Positions 39,738 through 49,945 of a stretch of DNA of 64,000 bases are shown here, in pieces (within the stretch, counting starts at the first letter, position 1; each line of letters begins with the position of its first letter). Location of the stretch: NCBI GenBank assembly GCA_947588205.1, contig CANPYG010000002.1, positions 11,427-75,426 of the forward strand, in the 5' to 3' direction. Below the pieces are notes generated by a model. That model ran no database searches. It was not told the DNA's origin and was given only the letters and a program-made list of their open reading frames with translations. A program made the position numbers and the translations under genes. The DNA is from an uncultured Acetatifactor sp. Its GTDB lineage: Bacteria > Bacillota > Clostridia > Lachnospirales > Lachnospiraceae.

Positions 39738-41276
39738 TCATCCCTCATCCGTAAGCAACCTTCTCTTCCGCTCGATCATTTCGTCGATTTTTTCCAGGTA
39801 TAAAGCCACTTCCTTAATATTTTCGCACCGTTCGATGCGCCCGTCCGGATATACTCTCTTGGAGATGCTCCCGGCCCCGCAGGCGATGATGGTCTGCACC
39901 TCCTCCATGATGAGGATATTATAGAGCCCGTATTTTCCGGGCCGCGCATAGCCTACGTTTTCAAAATTTCCGGACATATTCTTCTGGCGGTAGAGGTAAT
40001 AAGGCTGCAGACCCATCCGCGCCGCGCCCTCTGAAGCGATCTTCATAGTCTCATCCGTGTTGACCAGGGTCGAAACGCCGTTTTCCTGAATCCACTGGCT
40101 CAGATGGGAGGCCCTTTTGATTGCAAGAGAATGAACCGTCAGGCTGTCCGGGGCAAGAGCCTCGATGCGGTCGATGGTATGCTTTACATCCTGCGCGGTT
40201 TCCCCGGGAAGCCCCAGAATGATGTCCATATTGATATTGTCGAAGCCCAGGCCGCGCGCCATATGAAAAGCCTGCTCCACCTGTTCCACGGTGTGTCTGC
40301 GTCCGATGAGATCCAGTGTTTCCTGCTTCATCGTCTGGGGATTGATGGAGATTCTGGTAACCCCATAGCGCTGAAGCACCTTGAGCTTTTCCTCTGTGAT
40401 GCTGTCTGCACGTCCGGCCTCCACCGTAAACTCTTGAACCGTCGTGAAGTCAAACAATCTCCGCAGACTGCCCAGCAGGCGGTCCAGCTGCTCTGGCTCC
40501 AGAGTGGTAGGCGTGCCTCCGCCTATGTACACACTGTCCAGAATCTTATGACGATACCGGTCCGAAACGAATTCCATCTCACGGATCAGGCAGTCTATAT
40601 ACTCGTCCACCCGCTTGCGGTAAGCCCCTATGGCAAAGGAAGTAAAGGAGCAATACAGGCAGGTCGTTGGGCAGAATGGTATGCCGACATAAAGGCTATA
40701 GCCTCGGCTATATCCTCGGCTATATCCTTTGCTGTCGCTTTGGCCATAGCCTCCTTCATAGTGAACTCCGGCTAAAATTTCCCGCTCTCTCTTTGCAATG
40801 TCGATGCTCAGCTGCGCTTTTTCAGGACTGGCAAAATATTTTTCCCGATAAAACGCAAGAATCTCCTCATCACTTTTGCCTTCCTCCAGCAATCCATAGG
40901 AAAGCTTAGTAGGGCGTATTCCTGTCAAGGCTCCCCAGGGAAGCTCCTTGCCTGTCACATTGGACAGGCGGCTATATAGGAAGCGCTTGAAAGCATTCTT
41001 ATAAGAATCTCCTTCTTCCGCCGCTTCATCATAGCTCCAGTTCCATATTTCTGTACATCCTTCTTCCGGAAGTGCTTTCTCCTTAAGCCGGCTTGTAATT
41101 CTGGCTCCTTTTTCTTCAAATGCAATTTCCAGCTTCAGGTCACTCTCCCAGGAATCCCTCTTCTCCTGTCCGGTCTCCGGCGTTATCACCTTCACCGTCT
41201 CTTCCGGGAAAAAAGCTTTCACAATGGAATTCACGTCATATTCAAAATTCACACGATTGATCTTAACTGTCAACAT
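39738..41276 (-). CDS. hemZ: HemZ-like radical SAM protein (coproporphyrinogen dehydrogenase family)
   Basis: PWGALTGIRP, CPTTCLYC, GGGTPT, EAGRAD and YYLYRQK motifs; usual apt-relA neighbourhood. Confidence 0.9.
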   Translation of the reverse strand: MLTVKINRVNFEYDVNSIVKAFFPEETVKVITPETGQEKRDSWESDLKLEIAFEEKGARITSRLKEKALPEEGCTEIWNWSYDEAAEEGDSYKNAFKRFLYSRLSNVTGKELPWGALTGIRPTKLSYGLLEEGKSDEEILAFYREKYFASPEKAQLSIDIAKREREILAGVHYEGGYGQSDSKGYSRGYSRGYSLYVGIPFCPTTCLYCSFTSFAIGAYRKRVDEYIDCLIREMEFVSDRYRHKILDSVYIGGGTPTTLEPEQLDRLLGSLRRLFDFTTVQEFTVEAGRADSITEEKLKVLQRYGVTRISINPQTMKQETLDLIGRRHTVEQVEQAFHMARGLGFDNINMDIILGLPGETAQDVKHTIDRIEALAPDSLTVHSLAIKRASHLSQWIQENGVSTLVNTDETMKIASEGAARMGLQPYYLYRQKNMSGNFENVGYARPGKYGLYNILIMEEVQTIIACGAGSISKRVYPDGRIERCENIKEVALYLEKIDEMIERKRRLLTDEG

Positions 41277-41328
41277 GTTTTTACCCTGCTTCCGATCCTG
41301 TATATTTTAATGAAGGTAATCCCTTATG

Positions 41329-41362
41329 AAATGAGCAAGAGCCTTTCAGCTCTTGCTCATTT
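41329..41362. terminator. 14-bp hairpin terminator
   Basis: aaatgagcaagagc-ctttca-gctcttgctcattt. Confidence 0.75.
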
Positions 41363-41403
41363 ATTCTTTTCAAATCAACTGCCACAAGGACAGTCAGCCG
41401 TCC

Positions 41404-42036
41404 TTACTGGCAAAACGGGTTATATTTCTTTTCAAACCCAATTGTGGTGCTGTCGCCATGACCGGGATATACCTTGGTATCTTCCGGAAGGGGAAACAGC
41501 TTTTCCCTGACGGAGCGGACCAGCATTGACCCGCTCCCTGTGGGAAGATCCGTTCTGCCGACAGATTCCTGGAAAAGGGTATCTCCGCTGACCAGGAATC
41601 CTGCTTCCGGGAAATAGTAACAGCAGCTTCCCTGGGTATGCCCCGGGGTGGCGATCACCCGAAAATGAAGTCCTGCCAGGGTCAGCTCCTCCCCGTCCTT
41701 TACATACACATCGGCTTCTACCGTATAGGGTCTTCCGGTCTGGGCAGACACATTTTTACGCGCATTCCCCAGCAGCTCCTTTTCCTCGTCCAGCGCATAA
41801 AGCTTCGCGCCGGAAAGCTCCCTCAGCTCCTTTGTGCCCCAGATATGGTCAAAATGCCCATGGGTCAAAAGAATTGCCTTTACCTGGAAACCATTGCGCT
41901 CAAGCGCCTTATGAATATTTCCGCCCTGATCCGCAGGATCTATCACAATACAATCCTTACTGCCCTCCGGATACAGGAAATAGCAGTTTGTCTGTGCCAC
42001 GCCCAATACAATTCTTCCAATCTTTGTCTCCGCCAT
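41404..42036 (-). CDS. MBL-fold metallo-hydrolase (glyoxalase II-like)
   Basis: THGHFDH, PGHT, SGDTLF and PGHG motifs. Confidence 0.95.
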   Translation of the reverse strand: MAETKIGRIVLGVAQTNCYFLYPEGSKDCIVIDPADQGGNIHKALERNGFQVKAILLTHGHFDHIWGTKELRELSGAKLYALDEEKELLGNARKNVSAQTGRPYTVEADVYVKDGEELTLAGLHFRVIATPGHTQGSCCYYFPEAGFLVSGDTLFQESVGRTDLPTGSGSMLVRSVREKLFPLPEDTKVYPGHGDSTTIGFEKKYNPFCQ

Positions 42037-44342
42037 CAGCCCGTTGTCCTTTCTATATCTATTACACTGTCAATTGTCATGATCTTTTCAATCACACGGT
42101 TCAGTTCCTCGCGGCTGGAGATTTCAAAGGTCGTCTGCAGCGTAGCCTGATCCTGCTTATTCGTCCTTGTGTTCATGGACAGAATATTGATGTTTTTCTC
42201 TGTCAGGGCCCTGGAAATATCCGCCAGCAGACCATTTCTGTTATTCGCATAAATCTTGATCTCAGCGACGTATTTCTCCTTTGTAGCCTTATCGGGAGCC
42301 TGCCACTCCGCATCGATCAGCCTGGAGCGCTCCATTTCAGGCAGTGTCAGCATATTGATACAGTCTGTCCGATGAATGGAAATTCCACGTCCTCTGGTAA
42401 CAAAACCCACAATCTCGTCCCCGGGAACAGGAGAACAGCACTTGGAGAAACGCACGGATAAATCCGCGATTCCCTTCACCACGATCCCGCTCTTGGATTT
42501 CATGGGGACCGGACGGCTGGCGCCCTGCGCGTTGGCCTGGGCTATATTCGCCAATACCTCTTCATTGGTCAGCTCCTTCTTATGGTCACGGTCATAAAGC
42601 TCCTGCATCTTATTGATGATCTGACCTTCCTTAACGCCCCCATGACCAATGGCGGCCAGCACGGAATCCCAGTCGCGGAAACCGTACTTTCGCATGACCC
42701 CGCTCATATATTCCGGCTTCATCAGTTCAGACAGGACAAGACCCTTGCTCTTGCAGTAGCCCACCAGAAGATCCTTTCCCTTTAGGATATTGTCTTCTTT
42801 TAACTCATTCTTAAACCACTGGTTGATCTTATTTTTTGCCTGCGTGCTCTTCACCAGGCTCAGCCAGTCCCGGCTCGGTCCCTTGGAATTCTGGGATGTG
42901 ATGATCTCTATCCGGTCGCCGTTGTTGATCTGATAATCAATGGTCACAAGCTTACCGTTCACCCGCGCGCCCACCATCTTATTGCCCACTGCGGAATGGA
43001 TGCTGTACGCAAAATCTATTGTGGTAGAGCCTGCGGGCAGGGTCTTCACTTCACCGGTGGGGGTAAAACAATAGACGCTGTCGGAAAACAGGTCCAAATC
43101 GCTTTTTAACAGGTTCATGAACTCCTTGTTGTCCGACATATCCTGCTGCCACTCCAGGATCTGACGCAGCCAGACCAGCTTCTCTTCCTCCTGGGTCTCC
43201 ACCTTCTTGCCGTCGGAGGCTTCCTTATATTTCCAATGTGCGGCGATGCCGTATTCTGCCGCCTTATGCATTTCAAAAGTACGGATCTGAACCTCAAAGG
43301 GCTGCCCGGTGCTGCCGATCAGGGTTGTATGGAGGGACTGATACATATTGGGCTTGGGCATTGCGATATAATCCTTAAACCGCCCCGGAATGGGCTTATA
43401 CATCTCATGAATGACGCCCAGCGCGGCATAACAGTCCTTCACGGTATCCACGATAATACGCACGGCAAACAGGTCGTAAATCTGATCCAGCGTCTTATCC
43501 TGGTTCTTCATCTTCTTATAGATACTGAAAAAGTGCTTGACCCGGCCGTCTACCTTCGCCTTGATGCCTGCATTCACGATGTGCTCCCGCACCTCGTCTA
43601 CGATACTCTGAATATATTTTTCACGGACACTCTTGCGCACGGCGATCTTATCCACCAGATCATAATACACATCGGGTTCCAGGTATTTTAAAGACAGATC
43701 GTCCAGCTCCACCTTAATCTTGCTGATGCCCAGACGCTGGGCAATTGGGGAATAGATTTCCAGAGTTTCCTTAGCAATGCGCTGCTGGCTCTCCTCCTTC
43801 TGATATTTCAAGGTACGCATATTATGGAGTCTGTCCGCCAGCTTGATCAATATCACGCGGATATCCTTTGCCATGGCGAGAAACATCTTCCTGAGATTTT
43901 CCGCCTGCATCTCCAGCTTTACGTCCGACTGGTCCCCGCCGCCGGATAAAGGAATCTTTTCCAGCTTTGTCACGCCGTCAACAAGCTGTGCCACATCTTC
44001 GCCAAACTCCCGCACCAAGTCTTCTTCTGTCATCTTGGTATCTTCCACCACATCATGCAGGATACCCGCAACAATGGTTTCCTTATCCAGCTCCAACTCC
44101 GCCAGGATGATCGCGACATTTAAGGGATGCACGATATAAGGCTCTCCTGATTTACGCCTCTGATCCTTATGCGCCTCGCTGGCCAGCCTGTAAGCTTTTT
44201 CAATCATAGAAATATCGTCGCTGGGATGGTATTTTCTGACACGGGAAATAAGCTCCTGATATAATTCCTCGGGAGCCTGGAATTCCGGTAACTTGCTAAT
44301 TCCTCCATCATTAAAGATAACGTCCTGTTTTTCTTCTGTCAT
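42036..44342 (-). CDS. relA: Bifunctional (p)ppGpp synthetase/hydrolase
   Basis: LHDVVED HD motif, ADRLHNMRT, YQSLHT; TGS and ACT domains. Confidence 0.97.
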   Translation of the reverse strand: MTEEKQDVIFNDGGISKLPEFQAPEELYQELISRVRKYHPSDDISMIEKAYRLASEAHKDQRRKSGEPYIVHPLNVAIILAELELDKETIVAGILHDVVEDTKMTEEDLVREFGEDVAQLVDGVTKLEKIPLSGGGDQSDVKLEMQAENLRKMFLAMAKDIRVILIKLADRLHNMRTLKYQKEESQQRIAKETLEIYSPIAQRLGISKIKVELDDLSLKYLEPDVYYDLVDKIAVRKSVREKYIQSIVDEVREHIVNAGIKAKVDGRVKHFFSIYKKMKNQDKTLDQIYDLFAVRIIVDTVKDCYAALGVIHEMYKPIPGRFKDYIAMPKPNMYQSLHTTLIGSTGQPFEVQIRTFEMHKAAEYGIAAHWKYKEASDGKKVETQEEEKLVWLRQILEWQQDMSDNKEFMNLLKSDLDLFSDSVYCFTPTGEVKTLPAGSTTIDFAYSIHSAVGNKMVGARVNGKLVTIDYQINNGDRIEIITSQNSKGPSRDWLSLVKSTQAKNKINQWFKNELKEDNILKGKDLLVGYCKSKGLVLSELMKPEYMSGVMRKYGFRDWDSVLAAIGHGGVKEGQIINKMQELYDRDHKKELTNEEVLANIAQANAQGASRPVPMKSKSGIVVKGIADLSVRFSKCCSPVPGDEIVGFVTRGRGISIHRTDCINMLTLPEMERSRLIDAEWQAPDKATKEKYVAEIKIYANNRNGLLADISRALTEKNINILSMNTRTNKQDQATLQTTFEISSREELNRVIEKIMTIDSVIDIERTTG

Positions 44343-44489
44343 AGGTCAACTCCACGCCTTTCAGAAATCGTGTTGTGCCCCCATACCCCAAAGAATGCCT
44401 GTCTCTACCCAGACAATCCTGTTTTTAAATCGGACAATCCTTTTTACTTTCCTCCCGTCCGTCGCCCGGCCGTCGGAGAAAACTGTAAC

Positions 44490-45014
44490 CTATTTCCCTT
44501 CATAGCAGATTGCGGACTCCAGCCGATAACCCTGGATCTTCTCACGTCCATGTAACCCTGCCAGCTCTATCAGGACTACAACCCCAACCACAATTCCGCC
44601 GAGGGATTCTATGAGCCTGATCATCGCTTCCGTTGTACCCCCGGTAGCAATAAGGTCGTCAACGATCAGAACCTTCTGTCCGGGCGCGATACTGTCCTTA
44701 TGCATTTCAATCGTCGCGGTGCCATACTCCAGGTCATAGGTCATTTCCACTGTTTCACAGGGAAGCTTTCCCTTTTTACGGATCAGTACAAACGGCTTAT
44801 TATTATTGTATGCAATGGGCGTTCCAAAAATAAACCCCCTGGATTCCGGTCCGACCACCACATCATAATCCAGATCCTTTACCTTATCCTGCATCGTATC
44901 GATTGCAAGATGCAGCCCTTCCGCCGACTGCAGCACGCTGGTCACGTCGCGGAAAATGATTCCCTTCTCCGGGAAATCCGGAATGCTTCTTACATACTCT
45001 TCCAATTTCTTCAT
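44490..45014 (-). CDS. apt: Adenine phosphoribosyltransferase
   Basis: IPDFPEKGIIFRD, ESRGF, LEYG and VDDLIATGGT motifs. Confidence 0.97.
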   Translation of the reverse strand: MKKLEEYVRSIPDFPEKGIIFRDVTSVLQSAEGLHLAIDTMQDKVKDLDYDVVVGPESRGFIFGTPIAYNNNKPFVLIRKKGKLPCETVEMTYDLEYGTATIEMHKDSIAPGQKVLIVDDLIATGGTTEAMIRLIESLGGIVVGVVVLIELAGLHGREKIQGYRLESAICYEGK

Positions 45015-45176
45015 GCCCTGTAACCTCTCTCCCTGTTTGTAAATTCATGAAACCGATTCTGCCGTACTTCGTTATTTGTCGTACCCGGTAACCGCTGTAA
45101 CCGATTCTCTGTCCACAAGCAACATTATATATTTTTTCCGGGAGAAAGTCAAAGAGTATTGCGTAAAAAAGTATGT

Positions 45177-46046
45177 TTAAGAACGTTTTTTATATATATT
45201 TTTTTCAAAAATCAGCTGTTTATTCCATTTTCTATGGAAAAATGCCCTTAATTCCAGCCCGAGCAATCCTAAGCACCCGGCTTCATAATAGTCCGACAGG
45301 AGAAAATACAGGGTTCTGGCATCCGGGATGCGCTCCCCGGGCTTCTGCCTGACGCATCGCTCCAGAATCAGCTTTATACCGAAGGGCACATCCCATCTGT
45401 ACATCCTTACCCTATGCAAATTCCTCATACCTCCGTGTCCTGGGGAAGGAATCTTACCCGTAAGCATCCGATACATCAGGATACCCAGGGAATAGACATC
45501 GCTGGCGCAGGATGCGGCATCCTTTTTGCGCAACAGCTCCGGTGCAGAATAACCTGGGGTTCCAATCCGCCAACCGCTTTTGACCCCTGCAGCTCCCAGA
45601 TCCAGAAGCCGTACTTCCCCCGTCCTTGCGATCATGATATTGGCCGGCTTTAAATCCTTATATACCATCCAGGGGCTTTGCTCCTGCAGATAGGCCAGAC
45701 CTTCTGTCAGCGCGAGCATGATCCGCATGGTCTCCCCAAAGCAAAGCTTGCCCTGCGCCTCCAGATATTCCTTTAAACTGCTCCCCTCAATATATTCCAT
45801 CACAAGAAAGGCGTATCCCTGCCCTATCCAGAAATCTTTCTCCTTCGGATAAACAGGATGCCGCATGCAATGCATTAATTCAGCCTCCAATTCCAGCAGC
45901 CCAGTCTGACGGCTGATCTTACATGCATAACGGAATCCTGTTTTCTTTTCACTGACACAAAACACCTCCGAGGTGGCTCCTGTTCCCAGAAGTTCCAGTA
46001 TTTCATACCCTTTTCGGTCTAATTGCCTTACCTGAAAATCCTCCAT
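45177..46046 (-). CDS. Cytoplasmic Hanks-type Ser/Thr protein kinase
   Basis: LGTGATSEV, ACK, YKDLKPANIM, DLG, GTPGYSAPE and SDVYSLG motifs. Confidence 0.92.
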   Translation of the reverse strand: MEDFQVRQLDRKGYEILELLGTGATSEVFCVSEKKTGFRYACKISRQTGLLELEAELMHCMRHPVYPKEKDFWIGQGYAFLVMEYIEGSSLKEYLEAQGKLCFGETMRIMLALTEGLAYLQEQSPWMVYKDLKPANIMIARTGEVRLLDLGAAGVKSGWRIGTPGYSAPELLRKKDAASCASDVYSLGILMYRMLTGKIPSPGHGGMRNLHRVRMYRWDVPFGIKLILERCVRQKPGERIPDARTLYFLLSDYYEAGCLGLLGLELRAFFHRKWNKQLIFEKNIYKKRS

Positions 46047-46059
46047 GAAGCCCCCTCTC

Positions 46060-46656
46060 TTATACAGTCTTCACATATATGGCACAGCCCCTTTTCCCGC
46101 AGCGCCTGTAGCCCTCCTCCGCCAGCTCCTTCAGCCTGCTTTCAATCTGCGCCTCCCTGGCGATCTCCTGGACGGCAAGACACTGCTTCATACAATCCAT
46201 GGAAATGCCTTCGCAGAAGCCCTTAGACCCAATTAAAATACCAATTCCCTTTTCCATACTTCCGTTGACGACTCCCGTCACGGTCAATTGCCTGATATGG
46301 GTCCTCAGAAACCTGCGGTTAAACAGATAGAGGCTGCCGCATTGTCCCGGAATCAGCCAGAACCTGTCTTCCGCCATCAAAATACCCGTCAGATTCGCTT
46401 TCTCGCAGGCAAATGCTTTCAACGTCTGCGTAATTCTGCGCTCCGACCATTCTTCCTTCGCCCTCCTGCACAGCAGAAGCCCCTCTCTTTGAAACCAATC
46501 CTTAAGCTCCCTGACCGGATCTGTCCTTCCTGTTTCATTTCCGATCACAGTCAATACTATGGATTGCTTTCCATACCGAACCTGCTGCAGCAGAAGAACC
46601 TCATCGTTCAAATCTTCCGCATCCGGCCAGACAAAGCCTGTCCAAAATCTTATCAC
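46060..46656 (-). CDS. Degenerate PP2C-like protein (probable pseudophosphatase)
   Basis: AGGAGG, 6 nt, GTG at 46656. The order of segments matches PP2C from memory, but the catalytic Asp positions are substituted. Confidence 0.55.
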   Translation of the reverse strand: MIRFWTGFVWPDAEDLNDEVLLLQQVRYGKQSIVLTVIGNETGRTDPVRELKDWFQREGLLLCRRAKEEWSERRITQTLKAFACEKANLTGILMAEDRFWLIPGQCGSLYLFNRRFLRTHIRQLTVTGVVNGSMEKGIGILIGSKGFCEGISMDCMKQCLAVQEIAREAQIESRLKELAEEGYRRCGKRGCAIYVKTV

Positions 46657-46850
46657 CTGCAACCTCCTGTAAACTCTTCCGCTAAGATAATTTGGGATAT
46701 CATGATAGTATATCATGGTATTGGGGCAGGGGTTATTTCTCCCCGGCACCATATCCTTCTACAATCACTGATTTTAATTAAGGGAAATACCTCCCGGAAC
46801 CGGGATAAGCATAGAAAACCAGAAATCCTTCAGACAGTTTTCCGGGCAGC

Positions 46851-47246
46851 TCATTCTTCGTGTAAATACAGAGACAGCAGCCCTTCATCACTCTCAGGAT
46901 CTAAGGGGTTAAGCTTCTTAAAAATCAATTCGTAATCATAGTCAGGGGCGAATTCACGGGCAGCGTCGCATATGCGCAGGATCTTCGGCAGTTCTTCCTC
47001 TAATTCCTCAGAGATCGTTTCCGGGGACTTGCCCTTTACCAGCTTCTTACAGACCTTCTGTATGATAGCCAATTCCTTTCCTTCTCTCCTGCCCATGCGT
47101 CTATCGATCAGCTTCTCTTCCCACCTCTGCATATACTTCACTCCTATTTCTTCACTGGCTTTGATCCTGCTGATATATCCATGAAGCTTCTGAATCTTTT
47201 CGCTGCCCGTCTGTTCCGCGAAGTCTCCATCCACACATTCCATCAC
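46851..47246 (-). pseudogene. C-terminal fragment of a second Rpn-like protein (orphan small module)
   Basis: IKASEEIGVKYMQRWEEK ... GRREG ... KGKSPETISEEL; no nuclease domain; in-frame stop at 47316-47318. Confidence 0.6.
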
Positions 47247-47552
47247 TGTCTGGGAAATTCGGACGATATATCCGTTTCGATCAACAGAATTCTCCGCCTG
47301 CAGTCTACAGGCGATTCATAGGAATGTGCTTACACTATAGCAGGATGGTCTCCCGCCTGTCAACCCGGAAAAATTCACAAATTTTTACAGCAATCCGCTT
47401 AAAATCATTCCTTCAGTGGGCTACGAATGCCCGTTTTAAGGAATCTTTTGCCTTTGTGCATTTTTTCGCGGGCTATATATCCTCTCTCAAAATACCTTCC
47501 ATCAAAACTACTTCGTCCAAAAAATTACTCCACAAGAAAAGGCCCTACTTCC

Positions 47553-48614
47553 CTATCCGAATATATTCACTAAATCGTTAAAGAACACGAACACCATCAA
47601 TGCCATAAAGAACACCAGCCCGGCGAAGTGTACCATGCCTTCCTTCTCAGGCGGAACGGGCTTGCCCCGTACCACTTCCAGAAGCAGGAATATCAGCCGT
47701 CCGCCATCCAGCGCAGGCAGCGGCAGTAGATTCAAAATGCCAAGGTTCACTGTGAGCATCAGGGTAATGTTCAGCATATTGAGAAGCACGGTGAGCCATC
47801 CATATTCCTTTGTCGCCTCATAGGTTTTACCAACCACATTGACCGCAATCCCTACCGGACCTGCCACATCTTTTCGCCCTACCCTTCCGCTGATGAGCAT
47901 TCCCAGGCTTTTAAAGGTTGCCCTGGTAAAATAACGCATTTCATACCATGCATACTTCAGATTGCCGATACCGCGCACCTCCACCTGCTCTCCCAGGGCG
48001 ATACCCATCAGATAGCGCCCCTCCTGATCGTCATACTGGGGCGTGATCTTTGTGGTATATTTCTGTCCGTCCCGCTCGTAACGCACTTCTACCGCCCCGC
48101 CCTTCGTGGTCAGGGTAAAAAGCGTGATGTCCGAACCGATACACATTTTCTCGCCGTCGATGGAAAGGATGCGGTCGCCCGCCTGCAGATTGGCCTCCTG
48201 GGCCGGACTGCCCTCTGTGACCTGGCTGATCACGGTATCATTGATACTCATGAACTGAACCATAATAAGCGCTATGATGATTGCCAGCAGGAAATTAAAG
48301 AGCGGACCCGCCAGCACCGTAGAAATTCTTCCCCAGACGGGGGCATTGGGGAAGGCACCGGCGCTCAGTTCCCCGTCCTTCGTCTCCATTCCGTCCTCAC
48401 CTTCAAACATACAGGCTCCGCCAATGGGAAACAGTCTGAGGGAATACTTGGTTCCTCCCTTTTTATATGCGAACAGGGTCGGTCCCATGCCTACAGAAAA
48501 TTCCACCACATTGATCCCGTTCACTTTCGCCAGCAGGAAATGTCCGAATTCATGGGAAATCACTACAACGCTAAAAATCAGGATAAAAAAAACAATTGTA
48601 ATAACTATATTCAC
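47553..48614 (-). CDS. rseP: RIP metalloprotease RseP
   Basis: HEFGH, PDZ domain, NLLPLPALDGG. Confidence 0.95.
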   Translation of the reverse strand: MNIVITIVFFILIFSVVVISHEFGHFLLAKVNGINVVEFSVGMGPTLFAYKKGGTKYSLRLFPIGGACMFEGEDGMETKDGELSAGAFPNAPVWGRISTVLAGPLFNFLLAIIIALIMVQFMSINDTVISQVTEGSPAQEANLQAGDRILSIDGEKMCIGSDITLFTLTTKGGAVEVRYERDGQKYTTKITPQYDDQEGRYLMGIALGEQVEVRGIGNLKYAWYEMRYFTRATFKSLGMLISGRVGRKDVAGPVGIAVNVVGKTYEATKEYGWLTVLLNMLNITLMLTVNLGILNLLPLPALDGGRLIFLLLEVVRGKPVPPEKEGMVHFAGLVFFMALMVFVFFNDLVNIFG

Positions 48615-49762
48615 TACTGATGCACCTCTTTATCTATCATTTCATCCGTCCAGGCTTCTACCTGGAGAATCTCCTCTACGGAAGGCTCCTCTATGACCTG
48701 ATGAAGATTCATGGCCGTTTCAATCAGCTCCGCGATCTGCAGGAATCCAATTTTCCCCTCCAGGAACAATGCGACTGCACGTTCATTTGCAGCATTATAC
48801 ACAGTCGGCAGGCTGCCCCCTGCATCTATTGCGCGATACGCCAGCGCCAGCCCCGGGAACGCCTCCAGGTCGGGTTTTTCAAAGGTAATCTGCCCCAGTT
48901 CAAAGAAATCCACCCTTTTCCCCGCAAGCGGTCTCCTGTCCGGATAAAAAAGCGCATACTGAATCGGGAGCTTCATATCCGGAACACCCAGCTGCGCAAT
49001 AATAGCGCCGTCCACATACTCCACCATGGAGTGGATGATGCTCTGGGGATGTACCACTACCTGAATCCTGGAACGCTCTACCCCGAACAGCCATTTTGCC
49101 TCCATGACCTCCAGGCCCTTATTGACCATGGTGGCGGAATCAATGGTAATCTTCTTCCCCATGGACCAGTTAGGATGCTTCAGCGCATCCTCCACCCGGA
49201 CGTTTTGGAGTTCCTTCCTGGTCCTGCCCCTGAAAGGACCTCCTGATGCCGTCAACAGGATCCTGGATATTTTCCCGGAGGGCTCTCCGTTTAAGGACTG
49301 GAAAATAGCGCTGTGCTCGCTGTCCACCGGGAGAATGGGAACTCCGTGCTTTTTCGCCAGGGGAATGATCAGGTGCCCTGCAGTCACCAGCGTCTCCTTA
49401 TTTGCAAGGGCGATGGCCTTGCCGACTTCAATCGCTGCGATCGTGGGTCTGATACCAATCATTCCCACAATTGCCGTAACCAATACCTCAGACTGCGGGA
49501 AGACTGCAATTTCCAGCAATCCCTCCATGCCGGAAACCACCCTCACGTCCACATCAGCAAGCCGAAGGCGCAGCTCCTTCGCCGCCTCTTCGCTCCACAT
49601 CCCCACGATCAACGGATGGAATTCCCGCACCTGTGCTTCCATTTTCTCGACGCTGCTGCCCGCAGCAAGGGCCACTACCCGCAAATCAGGATTGGCACGC
49701 ACAATCTCCAATGTCTGCGTGCCAATGGAACCGGTAGAGCCCAGGACCGCTATCTTTTTCAT
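48614..49762 (-). CDS. dxr: 1-deoxy-D-xylulose-5-phosphate reductoisomerase
   Basis: LGSTGSIG, LANKE, VDSEH, HPNWSMG and NKGLE motifs. Confidence 0.97.
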   Translation of the reverse strand: MKKIAVLGSTGSIGTQTLEIVRANPDLRVVALAAGSSVEKMEAQVREFHPLIVGMWSEEAAKELRLRLADVDVRVVSGMEGLLEIAVFPQSEVLVTAIVGMIGIRPTIAAIEVGKAIALANKETLVTAGHLIIPLAKKHGVPILPVDSEHSAIFQSLNGEPSGKISRILLTASGGPFRGRTRKELQNVRVEDALKHPNWSMGKKITIDSATMVNKGLEVMEAKWLFGVERSRIQVVVHPQSIIHSMVEYVDGAIIAQLGVPDMKLPIQYALFYPDRRPLAGKRVDFFELGQITFEKPDLEAFPGLALAYRAIDAGGSLPTVYNAANERAVALFLEGKIGFLQIAELIETAMNLHQVIEEPSVEEILQVEAWTDEMIDKEVHQ

Positions 49763-49945
49763 GTAATAAAACAGTTCCTTTCCAAAATCCCTGCTTCCAT
49801 CAGGATGCACACCCTCTAAGATCTTCTAAGGGAAACATCATGTCCGCCGCCGTACAGGACTCACTGCCGCACAGACCAAACAGAATCCATCGCCATACAG
49901 GACTCACCACCGTCCAGGACCCACATCCGCACGGAACACAGGAAT

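Noticed and set aside
49853-49924. Degenerate caggac(t/c)cac repeats between cdsA and dxr
   Set aside because: Short, irregular spacing and no structure.
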